This document shows positions 11,398 through 21,297 of a stretch of 64,000 nucleotides of DNA, one piece after another; the first letter of the stretch is position 1; every line of letters starts with the position of its first letter. The notes beneath the pieces were generated by a model. It did not search any database, had not been told where the DNA came from, and worked only from the letters and a program-made list of their open reading frames with translations. Source of the stretch: an uncultured Alphaproteobacteria bacterium (GTDB lineage Bacteria > Pseudomonadota > Alphaproteobacteria > Acetobacterales > Acetobacteraceae); NCBI GenBank assembly GCA_963709085.1, contig CAVPVB010000014.1, forward strand, positions 13,094-77,093, read 5' to 3'. Position numbers and translations under genes: made by a program.

Positions 11398-12347
11398 CCG
11401 CGCTTCCCGTCCAGCCGGCGCATCGCCTCGCCGATCGCCCCGAGCAACAGCACTGGCTGGTTACCGGCCTGTGGGCCGACGAAGCCGTCGGCATCATCGG
11501 CGGCGAGCCCAAGTGCTGCAAATCCTTCCTGGCGTTGGACCTCGCCGTCGCGGTCGCCGCCGGCTCTCCCTGCCTGCGCCGCTTCCCGGTGCCGCGCCCC
11601 GGTCGCGTTCTGCTCTATCCCGCCGAGGACGCACTGCATATCGTCCGCCGCCGGCTCGACGGCATCTGCGCCGCCAGCGGCCTCGGCCTCGCCCAGATCG
11701 ATGTTCAGGTCATCACCGCACCGAGCCTGCGCCTCGATCTCGACACCGACCGCGGACGTCTCGACGAGACCGTCGCCGCCCTCAAGCCGCGCCTGCTCAT
11801 CCTCGATCCGTTCGTCCGCCTGCACCGCATCGATGAAAACGCCAGCGGCGAGGTCGCGCCGGTGCTCGCCTTCCTGCGCGACCTGCAGCGCCGCCACGCG
11901 GTTGCCGTCGCCGTCGTCCACCACGCCCGCAAGGGTGGCGGCGCCGTCCGCGCCGGCCAGGCCTTGCGCGGCTCCTCCGAGTTCCATGCCTGGGGCGATT
12001 CCAACCTCTACCTTCGCCGCGACGGCAACGACCGTATCGTGCTCACCGCCGAGCACCGCACCGCCGCCGCCATCCCCAGCGTCACCCTGGCGCTCACCCA
12101 GCGCGCCGATGCCCTCGCGCTCGAGCCTGTCCAGCCGCACGTGTCGGCGGAACCCGAGCCCACGCCGTCGTCCATCGACGAACGCATCGCCGCGGCCCTC
12201 GCGGACGCCGATCGGCCACGCCCCTTCGCCGAGCTGCGCGCCTGCTGCCGCGTCCGCACCGCCACCCTCTACGCGCGCCTCGCCGCCATGACCGCCACCG
12301 GCCGCATCGTCAAAACCGGCGACGGCTATCGCCTCGCCGGTCACTGA
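11394..12347 (+). CDS. AAA_25 / RepA-like (SF4, RecA-fold) helicase-ATPase with C-terminal HTH-like segment
   Basis: GIIGGEPKCCKSFLALDLA, VLLYPAED, LLILDPF, VVHHARK, LRGSSEFHAWGDSNL; ATGA overlap with the ATPase stop. Confidence 0.85.
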   Translation: MTALPVQPAHRLADRPEQQHWLVTGLWADEAVGIIGGEPKCCKSFLALDLAVAVAAGSPCLRRFPVPRPGRVLLYPAEDALHIVRRRLDGICAASGLGLAQIDVQVITAPSLRLDLDTDRGRLDETVAALKPRLLILDPFVRLHRIDENASGEVAPVLAFLRDLQRRHAVAVAVVHHARKGGGAVRAGQALRGSSEFHAWGDSNLYLRRDGNDRIVLTAEHRTAAAIPSVTLALTQRADALALEPVQPHVSAEPEPTPSSIDERIAAALADADRPRPFAELRACCRVRTATLYARLAAMTATGRIVKTGDGYRLAGH

Positions 12348-12542
12348 CCGGCGTCCGCGGTCGCCAAGCCTCAGCGTCGCTCCCGGCGGCGCCAGCTTCG
12401 CCGGACAGCCGGCCGGCGGGCAGGCCACACCCGCCTCTTCCGCTTCCCGCTTCCCAGCACCCCTACAGAAATCGGGAAGCGGTAGCGGGAAGCCCATCAA
12501 AAACCGCGCTCACCAGCCCATCAGAAAGCACGATCGCGCTCA

Positions 12543-14150
12543 TGACCTGCATTTTCCCTGCGTTGGCGCTTCGCCCTGAAGGCAAGGACTCGCTCATCGT
12601 TGCGATGGCGGTGCTCGAGGAGCAGGCGGCGCGGATTGCGGTTCTGGGCGCGGCGAACGGTGCGCTTCAGGCCGAGAAGGGCGCACAGGCGGAGGAGATC
12701 CGCACGCAGGCGGGACGGATCGAGTCTTTGGAGGCAGAGAACCGGGACCTGCGGACCAAGCTGGCTGGGCTGGAGGAGAAGACGGGACGACCGGCGAAGA
12801 CGCCGAAGAATTCGAGCCTGCCGCCGTTGCGCGGTGCGAAGCCAAACGGCGAGATCGGGGCGAAGGCGAAGCCGAAGCGGCGGGTTCACCCGGGCGCATG
12901 GCGCCGCCTGTGCGACAACCCAACGCGGGTGGAGGATATATGGGCGCAGGCGTGCCCGCACTGCGCGGCGGACGTGTCTGGGGTGGAGCAGGCTACGGCG
13001 GAAACCTACGATCACGTCGAGATTCCACTGGCCCCGGCCGAAGTGACGCGGGTGGTGCTGCGCGGGGGGGTGTGCCCGTGCTGCCGCAAAATGTTCAAAG
13101 CGGCCCCGCCGCCGGACAAGGCGCCGGGTTCGCCGTATGGTCCCAACCTGCGAGCGGCGGTCTTGTATCTGCGGCACGCCCATGCGGTGTCGTATGAGCG
13201 GCTGGCGGCGCTGCTGGAGACGCAGTTCGGTACGAAGTTGAGCGAGGGCGCGCTGGCATCGATCCTGGCCGCCGCTGCTCCGGCTTTCGCCGTGCAGTTC
13301 GGGACGATCCGTCAGCGTCTGTTGGCGGGATCGGTGATCTGCTCGGACGAGACCGGCTTTCGGGTCGGCAAGCGGAACAACTGGATCTGGGTGTTTCAGC
13401 ACGCCGACTGCTGCTGCTTCGTCTCCGCGCCGACCCGCGGCAAGGTCGTGGTCGCCGAATTCCTTGGCGGCGTGCGGCCGCTGGTCTGGGTATCCGACCG
13501 CCTGAAGGCACAGACTGGATGGGCCGAGAAGCACCAGGCGTGTCTCGCCCATCTCCTGCGCGATGCCCAGTATGCGCTGGATTGCGGTGATGTCGTGCTG
13601 GCGGCGCGGGTGATGTCGCTGCTGCGCCGTTCCATTCGCATCTGGCGCTACCGCGAGCGCCTGGAGCGGCGGTTTGGCCCTGGGGTGCTCATTGCGTTCT
13701 TCTGGCGCCACTTCATCGAACTCGATGCGTTGCTGGCGGCGCCGATCGTCGGCAACCAGGCCGGTGAGAAGCTCCGCCGAAGCCTGCTCAGAGACCAGGA
13801 CAAGCTGTTCGTGTTTCTCGCCGAGCAGGACGTGCCGCCGACCAACAACAGCTCGGAGCAGGCGCTGCGCTGGAGTGCCGTTTTCCGTAAGGTCACCAAC
13901 TGCTTCCGCTCCTTGTGGGGGGCCAAGCTGCACGCCGATGTGCGTTCGGTTATCGAAACGGCGCGGCGGCGAGGGATCGGCGCCTTGGAAGCCATCCGTC
14001 TCACCCTCCAGGGACTTCCTCTTCCCATTCCAGCGTAGTTCCCGCGTCGGAGCGCTTTGACACCGTGCCTGCCAGACCTCGCGCGTTCCCGCGACGCGCC
14101 GTCGCGTCCGCCCGTATCGTCATTCCATGGCCGATGGGCTGAGCAAATAC
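12543..14150 (+). mobile_element. IS66-family (single-ORF, ISBst12-like) element; transposase ~12542-14038; left IR not found
   Basis: KTPKNSSLPP, CPHC/CPCC zinc motifs, CSDETGFRV, HQACLAHLLRDA, PPTNNSSEQALR; right IR GGGCTGAGCAAATAC ends at 14150. Confidence 0.85.
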
Positions 14151-14181
14151 CACCCCCCTCTTCTCAAAACCCTTCAAGTGA

Positions 14182-14265
14182 TGGGGTCCAGGGGCCTCTC
14201 GGCCGTCGCGCCGAAGGCGCGCTACGCGCGACGGCGGGTCCAGGGCAGAACCCTGGCCTTCCTTC
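14182..14265. repeat. REP-like palindromic intergenic element
   Basis: GGGGTCCAGGGG..GGGTCCAGGGCAGAACCCTGGCCTTCCTT with CCAGGG/CCCTGG palindrome and an internal CCGTCGCG..CGCGACGG hairpin; resembles from memory repeats common in Acetobacteraceae. Confidence 0.5.
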
Positions 14266-14303
14266 ACCCGATTGCCCTGGGTGGTCGCTGCTACATAATA
14301 CCG

Positions 14304-14490
14304 CGAGGATCAGGACCGGACCCGACTGGGCAACGGGCCACACAATCTCGCGGTCCGGCGACACATGGCCCTGAACATCATGCAAAAGGATGGCTCGAAG
14401 GCGTCTCTGCGCGGCAAGCTCCAACGGGCCGGTTGGAACGATGCCTGTCTCTCCAGACTCCTCGGATCCTTCCGAAATGCGATTGCCCTG
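14304..14490 (+). pseudogene. ISAs1-family 3' remnant with right IR
   Basis: Matches the 3' end of the ISAs1 at 27487-28703 (EDQDRTRLGNGPHNLAV..AGWNDA); ends TGCGATTGCCCTG. Confidence 0.85.
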
Positions 14491-14586
14491 GTCCAAAGAG
14501 GCTCCCATGCCAGGTTCGTTCACCGAAGCCCGCAAACGGCAAATGGCCCGCCTGCAGGGCGCCAAGCCGCCGACCGCCCGCGCCCT

Positions 14587-15720
14587 TTATGGCCCAGCAG
14601 CTTCCGTGCTCAGTGTGTACAGCCGCGCCTTAGCATCTGAATCTCCAAGTGCCGCCGCCTTCCGATACCAATCCATAGCCAGTGCTGGATCGGACCTAAG
14701 GCCGACCACCCCCAACTGAGCCAGGAAGGCAGGGTCGTGGGTCCTGGCAAGGGCCGCGACTGCGCGGACGCTCCCAGCGTTGGCGGCAAACATGTAGAAC
14801 TTGCGCGCGGCTGAAATGTCCTTGATCGCCAGCATCTGATCGCCACGACCCAGGTACAAAGCGGCCATCGACTGCACTTGCCTGCTTGATCCACTCGTTG
14901 CTGAAGGCGCGGCCGGCATCGCAAAGGGCAGCACTGTTTGGCTAGTTGCGGGAGCCGGTTGCGCAGCTTTGGAGTCGGATCCACCAGAGACCGGCGATCC
15001 TTCGGTGGCAGCGGAGTTACCGCGAGGTGTCCGGGTCTCCGCCATGCCGACGCCGACCTTCGGCAGATCCGCCACGGTGGGGCGGGTTAAGAAGGCGTCA
15101 ACGGATCGGGCGTCTCCGGTTGCCGCGCTTGGCGCCGAGGCGCCGGGTCCGTGTGGCGTGTAATCCTCATCCAGGATTGGTTGCCGTCTGATTGCCTGGG
15201 AACTCGGCGACGGTGGCGCGTTGCCGGCGTCCGTCAGGAGCTTGGTCGCCCCATCCGCAAATACGACATAATCCACCCAAAATATTCTTCCAGCCGCCTT
15301 TTCTGCAGCCGCTCGATTCTGCATACGCGTCACGAAATCCGTCAAGGCCTTGCGGACCCCTGGAGAAACTGGCGACGCTCTCTGAACGACGCCTTCCCAG
15401 GTCTTCATGGCGTTGTTATTTTCAGGCGAGAGGACGCGTCCAGTAGAGATCTGCTGCTCCGCCCTGACCAGTAGTGCCTCGATGTCATGATCTGCTTCCA
15501 CTGCAGGCTTGACGCGCGATTCGCTGGCGACGTCACCTGCTGCGAAGGAGGCGCTCCCCATCCACAGAATGCCGACGCAAAGCGTGATCAGCCCAAGGAG
15601 AAGGTCGCAACGATATCTGTATCTCGGAACGGTGTTCGGTCCGGAGGAATACCGCTTCAGATCGACACGAAAACAAAACGAAGACTGGAGTACGGTCGTC
15701 TGAAGTGCATTCCCGCTCAT
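14587..15720 (-). CDS. Membrane-anchored hypothetical protein with C-terminal Sel1-like repeat region
   Basis: TM segment LLLGLITLCVGILWMG, low-complexity linker, C-term RGDQMLAIKDISAARKFY..AMDWYRKAAALGD. Start uncertain. Confidence 0.65.
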   Translation of the reverse strand: MSGNALQTTVLQSSFCFRVDLKRYSSGPNTVPRYRYRCDLLLGLITLCVGILWMGSASFAAGDVASESRVKPAVEADHDIEALLVRAEQQISTGRVLSPENNNAMKTWEGVVQRASPVSPGVRKALTDFVTRMQNRAAAEKAAGRIFWVDYVVFADGATKLLTDAGNAPPSPSSQAIRRQPILDEDYTPHGPGASAPSAATGDARSVDAFLTRPTVADLPKVGVGMAETRTPRGNSAATEGSPVSGGSDSKAAQPAPATSQTVLPFAMPAAPSATSGSSRQVQSMAALYLGRGDQMLAIKDISAARKFYMFAANAGSVRAVAALARTHDPAFLAQLGVVGLRSDPALAMDWYRKAAALGDSDAKARLYTLSTEAAGP

Positions 15721-15782
15721 CATCCGTATCCACGGCGGCCGCGCCGCGCACCAGAAGTGGATCAAACGAACAAGCGGCACTG

Positions 15783-16871
15783 TCAACGCGCTGCCGCCCG
15801 TTGCCGTTGCCAGGCCAGGAACTGCTGAAAAAGCTCTTGCTTCGCTGCATCCGTCAGCTTTCCGTTCATCCCTGGGTTGACCTGAGACAGGAAGTCATTG
15901 AACAGCGATTGCGTCGCGGCACCCGCGGTGCCTGCCGTGGTTTGCCGCACCAACCAATCCTGCGCGGGCTGGAATTGGGTCCAGCCTGGCACTTCCGCGG
16001 TCAGGTTGACTTCGCGCCACTTGGGATGGCGCGGCGGGTGCTGGAACTGGTCGAACTTGCTAAAGAAGGCGCCCACGAAACGGGAAACCTTATTGAATCT
16101 CTCGCTGTTTGGCGGCCACGCGAACACTGCCATCACGTCTCCGACGGCGATCGTCGGCACCGTTCCGCCGGCCTTGACAAGCAAGGGATAGGAGTCATGC
16201 GTGAATTGGTCCGGCAGGTAGGTCTGCGCGAGAGCCTGAGTGAGAGGGACCGGAAGAAAATGAATTCCGGTGTCGGCAGATATATCGGCAAAAAGCGGTA
16301 TCGGTGCGCCACCGACATGAATTATTGCGGCGATTTCACCGCGTTTTAGCTCTTGTACGCCTGTGACCTGCTTTTCATGCTCGATCTTTGCATTGATGCC
16401 GAGGGCATCGAGCAAGAGTTCGGCGGTCATCGCGGAACCGCTACCGTTGACATCGACGTTCACGCGCTGGCCGTTCAGGTCTTCGAGTTTAATAATGTCG
16501 TTGCGGGCCAGCACATGAATTTCCTCATCGTACAATTTGGCAACATAACGGATGCTTTCCGTGAGGTTCGGAAACATGCTGTGTTGTTTCGCGTACGTCA
16601 ACGCGTCGGCTTGGACAAAACCGACGTCTATCCCTCTGAGGTATAGTATATCGGAGAGATTTTGCAGGGAGCCCTTCCCGAGGGTGGGCAGTATACGAAT
16701 CGTTTCGTCATCCAGAATTGTTAGATCCGCCCCGGTCCGCGCATAGGTACCGCCCTCCATCCCGGTTATCACTCCTACGGTGCCTTGGTTCGCTCGTGCG
16801 ACCGGGTCCTGAAGTGGATGCTGCGCCATGGCGGCACCGGCGAACAGGATGCATAGCCAAGTAAAAACCAT
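15783..16871 (-). CDS. TAXI-family TRAP transporter solute-binding protein
   Basis: Signal peptide, GGTYAR..KGSLQNLSDILYLRGIDVGFVQAD..KLYDEEIHVLAR..GSGSAMTA..HPKWREVNL. The ORF track extension to 17204 is not credible. Confidence 0.85.
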   Translation of the reverse strand: MVFTWLCILFAGAAMAQHPLQDPVARANQGTVGVITGMEGGTYARTGADLTILDDETIRILPTLGKGSLQNLSDILYLRGIDVGFVQADALTYAKQHSMFPNLTESIRYVAKLYDEEIHVLARNDIIKLEDLNGQRVNVDVNGSGSAMTAELLLDALGINAKIEHEKQVTGVQELKRGEIAAIIHVGGAPIPLFADISADTGIHFLPVPLTQALAQTYLPDQFTHDSYPLLVKAGGTVPTIAVGDVMAVFAWPPNSERFNKVSRFVGAFFSKFDQFQHPPRHPKWREVNLTAEVPGWTQFQPAQDWLVRQTTAGTAGAATQSLFNDFLSQVNPGMNGKLTDAAKQELFQQFLAWQRQRAAAR

Positions 16872-17566
16872 ATGCTTCACAAAATCACCTTTGCATGATG
16901 CACTAGACGGTGTGGAAAAATTCGAGTTTCGGCTCGGTCCGCACATCATGTGGTTTTCGTAGCCTGCCGTCGCATACCATATATTTTGCCACCGTTCGGT
17001 GAAGCGGGACTTTTTCCGCAGCCTGCTAGCCGCGTTGGCTGTTGGGAGCGTAAGCCAAGAGCACCGACCCGTCGCGGCCTTAGCGCTGCCCATTGTGATT
17101 GCGAAGATATAACCGCCCCCCTGACAATCTCGTCCTTGCGAGTTGCGGCACATCTTGCGCAGTCCCAGCCGACTCGGCGCCGATATCCTGCAACCAACAG
17201 CCAACGCAACGGAAACATGGAATTAATCTGTACTCTCGGAATCGTTCTGTCGAATTAATTTGGGCCCCTCGGGCTTCGGGGGCAACGATTCTCGCATCGA
17301 TGTGATCACACGCTCTGCCGGGGAAGGGGGTCTGGAGTCAAACCCTCGGAATTGTTGAAACCGTGGAGCCTCTTGCAAAACTCTGGCGCGGAAGTGCCAG
17401 GAAGATCCCCTGGGAGAGGCAACCAGGAGCGGAATCGAGCGTTTGTTGCAATATCATATCGTGCTTAGCCACGTGTGATACCGACGGGCGGAAGGTTCGA
17501 CTCCTGGGGTTGTGCCGACGCGGGGCGGCACGATCCATAGGTTGGCATGTCATCGGGAGGCCGAGC

Positions 17567-19130
17567 ATGCCGGCGCTGCGGATCAGGACGGATATCGCGC
17601 CGGAGGAACTGCGGCGGCTGGCGTGTCGTGAGGATGACGCGCGGGTGGTACGGCGTCTGCTGGCATTGGCCAATGCGCTCGCGGCATGCCGCGAGCGCGG
17701 GCGGCAAGGGCGGCCGGCATGGACAGCCAGACACTGGGGGACTGGTTGATCCGGTACAACCGTGGCGGCGTGGCTGCTCTGGTGGACGCTTGCGGCCATG
17801 GACGGCCGTGCCGGCTGAGTGTGAAGGCGAGTAGGCGACGCTGAAGGCGATAGTGCTGACCGGCCCGGACGCAGAGGCCGATAGCATGTCGATCTGGCGG
17901 ATCAGCAACATTTGCCGGTTAGAGCCTGTTTGACCATATTTATCCGTCGTGCCTTGATCTCTCACAGGCGGTTTTGGAGGGGAGTGGTCGTCAATCTTCC
18001 CGTGGTTGGCCTGACGGAAAACCGTCAGGATTTGTGAAGTGCCTTGCCTTTTGAGCAGTTTGCAGGCGGCGTTGGCATGTGCTGAAGGTTGCGCAGGGCG
18101 GGTAGGAACGGCTTCCAACACGGGCTCCCAGGAGGGACGTGCGATGTGGACGGCGGAACAGCGTGAGCGGTACAAGGATGACGGTCGGCGCTACCCGAGC
18201 GATCTGACAGATGCCGAGTGGGCGACGATTGCTGCCGTTTTTTCAATTTATGCGACCCTGACGGCCGATCTGCGGGAAATGGTCAACGCCTGTTTCTACC
18301 TTGAGAAGACCGGCTGCGGGTGGCGCTATCTCCCCAAGGACTTTGGCCCGTGGCAGACCGTCCGGACTTGGTATGACCGGTTTCGCGCCGATGGCATCTG
18401 GGCCGATATCGCGGGGTTGTTGATACGTGGCGTCCGCCAACGGTGCGGCAGGCCGGCGGAGCCGGAGACGGTGATCCTCAACTCGCAGAGCGTGGTGTCC
18501 GGTCCCCAGGCGGGCGAGCGGGGCGTGGACGGCAACAAGCGGATCAAGGGCATCAAGCGGCACGTGCTGGCCGGCTCGCTCGGCTTCGTGTTGGCCGTGC
18601 TGGTCACGGCTGCCAATGTCCATGATAGCACGGTGGCGCCGCCGCTTCTTGACCGGGCCGCCGAGGCCGGCTGGGCGCCAAAGCGCGTAAAGGTTGACGC
18701 AGCCTATGTTGGTCCGCGGGTGGCGGCGGCGGCTGAGCGACACGGCATGGAGGTCCAGATTTCATCCAGGGAGGCCGGCATCCCCGGCTTCAAGCCGCTG
18801 CCAGTACGCTGGCGCATCGAGGCGACTTTCGGCACCTTGACCAATCGTTACCGCCGCCTGACTCGTAATTTGGAACAAAGTCCAGCCGCCGCAGAAGATG
18901 CGGTCGAGATTGCCAATGTACACCGCGTCCTTCGCGCCTACTGCCGCGAAAAAGCGTCTATGGGATAGTCAAACAGGCTCTTAGTCGAGCAGCGGTTTGA
19001 CGTGACCTACTCGGTCACCGGCATGGGACGTCGCCTTCGCGCGCTTGACCTGTCATGGCAGACCTGCCGGCCGCAACACCCGAAGAGCGATCCGGCGGCA
19101 CAGAAGGCTTTCAAGAAAAGGTTCTGGCGG
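17567..19130 (+). pseudogene. IS630-family transposase (OrfA/HTH region), frameshifted and split by IS5
   Basis: MPALRIRTDIAPEELRRLA..RRLLALANAL before the IS5; VEQRFDVTYS..RALDLSWQTCRPQHPKSDPAAQKAFKK after it. Confidence 0.75.
17922..18980 (+). mobile_element. IS5-family (IS1031-like) element; transposase 18144-18968
   Basis: IRs GAGCCTGTTTGAC / GTCAAACAGGCTC; 3-bp TSD TTA; RRYPSDLTDAEW, GCGWRYLPKDFGPWQTV, RWRIEATF. Confidence 0.92.
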
Positions 19131-19139
19131 GTGCTGGAT

Positions 19140-19375
19140 CAGACCGCTGCCGAGCAGGAGGGTCTCCCGAATCGCCGGGTGTTTGGTGTCGAGCGGGTGG
19201 CCCGCGACGCCACAGGCGCGCGCAATCGCGGCGACCCGCCGGCGCAGGGTTGGCATGGCGTAGCCTTCGCTGGCGGCGGCCAGATAGGCGCCGACGATTT
19301 CCGGCGTTGCCGGCATCGCCTGGAAGCCGTGCTTGCCGCACCATGCCTCGAAGTTGGTCAGGTCGGCCGCATAGG
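19140..19375 (-). pseudogene. Tyrosine recombinase N-terminal (core-binding) fragment
   Basis: AYAADLTNFEAWC..PATPEIVGAYLA..TLRRRVAAIARA..HPAIRETL; cut by the ISAs1 remnant. Confidence 0.75.
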
Positions 19376-19562
19376 CAGGGCAATCGCATTTCGGAAGGAT
19401 CCGAGGAGTCTGGAGAGACAGGCATTGTTCCAACCGGCCCGTTGGAACTTGCCGCGCAGAGACGCCTTCGAGCCATCCTTTTGCATGATGTTCAGGGCCA
19501 TGTGTCGCCGGACCGCGAGATTGTGTGGCCCGTTGCCCAGTCGGGTCCGGTCCTGATCCTCG
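19376..19562 (-). pseudogene. ISAs1-family 3' remnant with right IR (inverted near-copy of 14304-14490)
   Basis: Starts CAGGGCAATCGCATTTCGGAAGG; same length and breakpoint as the 14.3-kb remnant. Confidence 0.85.
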
Positions 19563-21102
19563 GTAACTGCTCACCCCGTCGGGGCGTTGCGGCGCGATGA
19601 TGCCATGAACGACCGGCTTGACATGGTCACGGCGGGTACAATTCACCCTGATTGTGAATCGCGAAGCCCTTCTTGCTCTCACCGCGGATGACCTGGTTGC
19701 CCTGGTTCTGGCCCAACAGGCGCAGATCGAGGTGCTGACCGCACAGGTCGCCGACCTTCAAGCCAGAACTCAACGTTCCGCCCAAGACCCCGGACAATTC
19801 CAGCACCCCGCCGTCGCGCGGCGAGAAGCCGAACCGTCCGGATCATCCGCCGAAGAAGCAGCGCCGTCGCGGTCGTCCTGGTGTGGCGCGCCCGCTGGCC
19901 GAGCCCCCCGACCGTGTCATCAAAGCGACGCTCGATGCCTGCCCGCATTGCGCCAACCCGCTTGGTTCGGCCGCCCAACCCGGCATTCACGCCTACGACC
20001 ACGTCGAGTTGCCGTCGATCCGCCCCGTGGTCACCCGCATCAACCGTCATCACGGCACCTGCCGATGACCTGGCTGGTGACGGGGCGCAGCGAAAGGGGT
20101 TGATCCTGGTGCGCAACCTGGCATGGCTGCGCACCGGAAAGACCGGAGCGATCGAGCATGCGCGACACCGAGCTGCTACAAGCGGCGCTGGGACTGGGGA
20201 CGCCATGGGCGGTGTCTGGCAGCCGGTTCGATGCGTTGGCGCGGCGGCTGGACATTGACATCACGTTCGCCAAGGGCGCGCGGTTTGCCTGCCCGTGCTG
20301 TGAGGCAACGGGTTGTCCGGTCCACGACACCGAACAGAAGTCGTGGCGGCATCTTAGCTTTTTCCAGCACGAGGCGTATCTGAATGCGCGTGTGCCGCAG
20401 ATCAGGTGTGAGGTCTGCGGGGTCAAGCGGGTGAATGTGCCGTGGGCAGGCGAAGGCAGCGGCTTCACGCTGCTGTTTGAGGCCATGCTGATGCCCCTGC
20501 TGCGAGCACGCCGGTGGCGGAGGTGGCACGCCATGTCGGCGAGCACGACACCAGGCTGTGGCGGGTTCTCCACCACTACGTCGACGAGGCGCGGGCGCGC
20601 GACGACCACAGCACGGTCAGCCGGGCCGCCTTCGACGAGACCTCCGCGCGTCGCGGTCACGATTACGTCTCGTTGTTTGTCGATCTCGACGGTCCGCGCG
20701 TGCTGTTCGTCGCCAATGGCAAAGACGCGGCCACGGTCGGCGCCTTCGCCGATGACCTGAAGGCGCATGGCGGCGATCCCGCGCGCATCGAGGAAGTCTG
20801 CATGGACATGAGCGCCGCCTTCATTGCGGGCGCGGCCGCCCACCTGCCGCAGGCCGAGATCACCTTCGACCGGTTTCACATCGTCAAGATCATCAACGAG
20901 GGCGTCGACGAGGTGCGGCGGGAAGAACAGAAGAGCCGGCCGGAACTGAAGCAGAGCCGCTATGTGTGGCTCAAGAACGAGACCAACCTCTCCAGCGGCC
21001 ACTCGCCAGTTCATTCACGCCGGGACGGCAATAGCAAGAGATTTCAATGCCCAAGGCAGACCGCCTCGCCCCCGGAGCCAGGAAAAAGGGCTGAGCAATT
21101 AC
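19563..21102 (+). mobile_element. Defective IS66-family element (both IRs, 5' transposase fragment) carrying a truncated ISL3
   Basis: Left IR GTAACTGCTCACCCC, right IR GGGCTGAGCAATTAC; fragment REALLALTADDLVALVLAQ..CPHCANPL..YDHVELP. Confidence 0.7.
20158..20995 (+). pseudogene. ISL3-family transposase, frameshifted near 20510 and 3'-truncated
   Basis: CPCC..VHDTEQKSWRHLSFFQ..PWAGEGSGFTLLFEA / VGEHDTRLWR..FDETSARRGHDY..CMDMS..FDRFHIVK. Confidence 0.85.
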
Positions 21103-21189
21103 CAACCACGGGAAGATTGACGACCACTCCCCTCCAAAACCGCCTGTGAGAGATCAAGGCACGACGGATGATTCTGGTCAAACAGGCTC
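21103..21189 (-). mobile_element. Left-end remnant (~87 bp) of the IS1031-like element
   Basis: Reverse complement closely matches 17922-18008, including the IR. Confidence 0.75.
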
Positions 21190-21297
21190 TCAACCTGCGC
21201 GTGTGGGCCACCCACATAAAACAGCGAGGAGCCTCGGCCGCAAGCTGGACTGCGCAGGACGTCGGGCTGACACTGTCGGGCGCCACTGCGCAACTAG

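Noticed and set aside
10884-12500. 538-aa minus-strand ORF; likewise 47070-48746 (558 aa), 55676-57331 (551 aa) and 38919-40247
   Set aside because: Antisense shadows of well-supported genes; long stop-free frames are expected opposite GC-rich coding sequence, and they have no motifs.
16872-17204. N-terminal extension of the TAXI protein to 473 aa
   Set aside because: A signal peptide begins at 16871; the upstream sequence looks non-coding.
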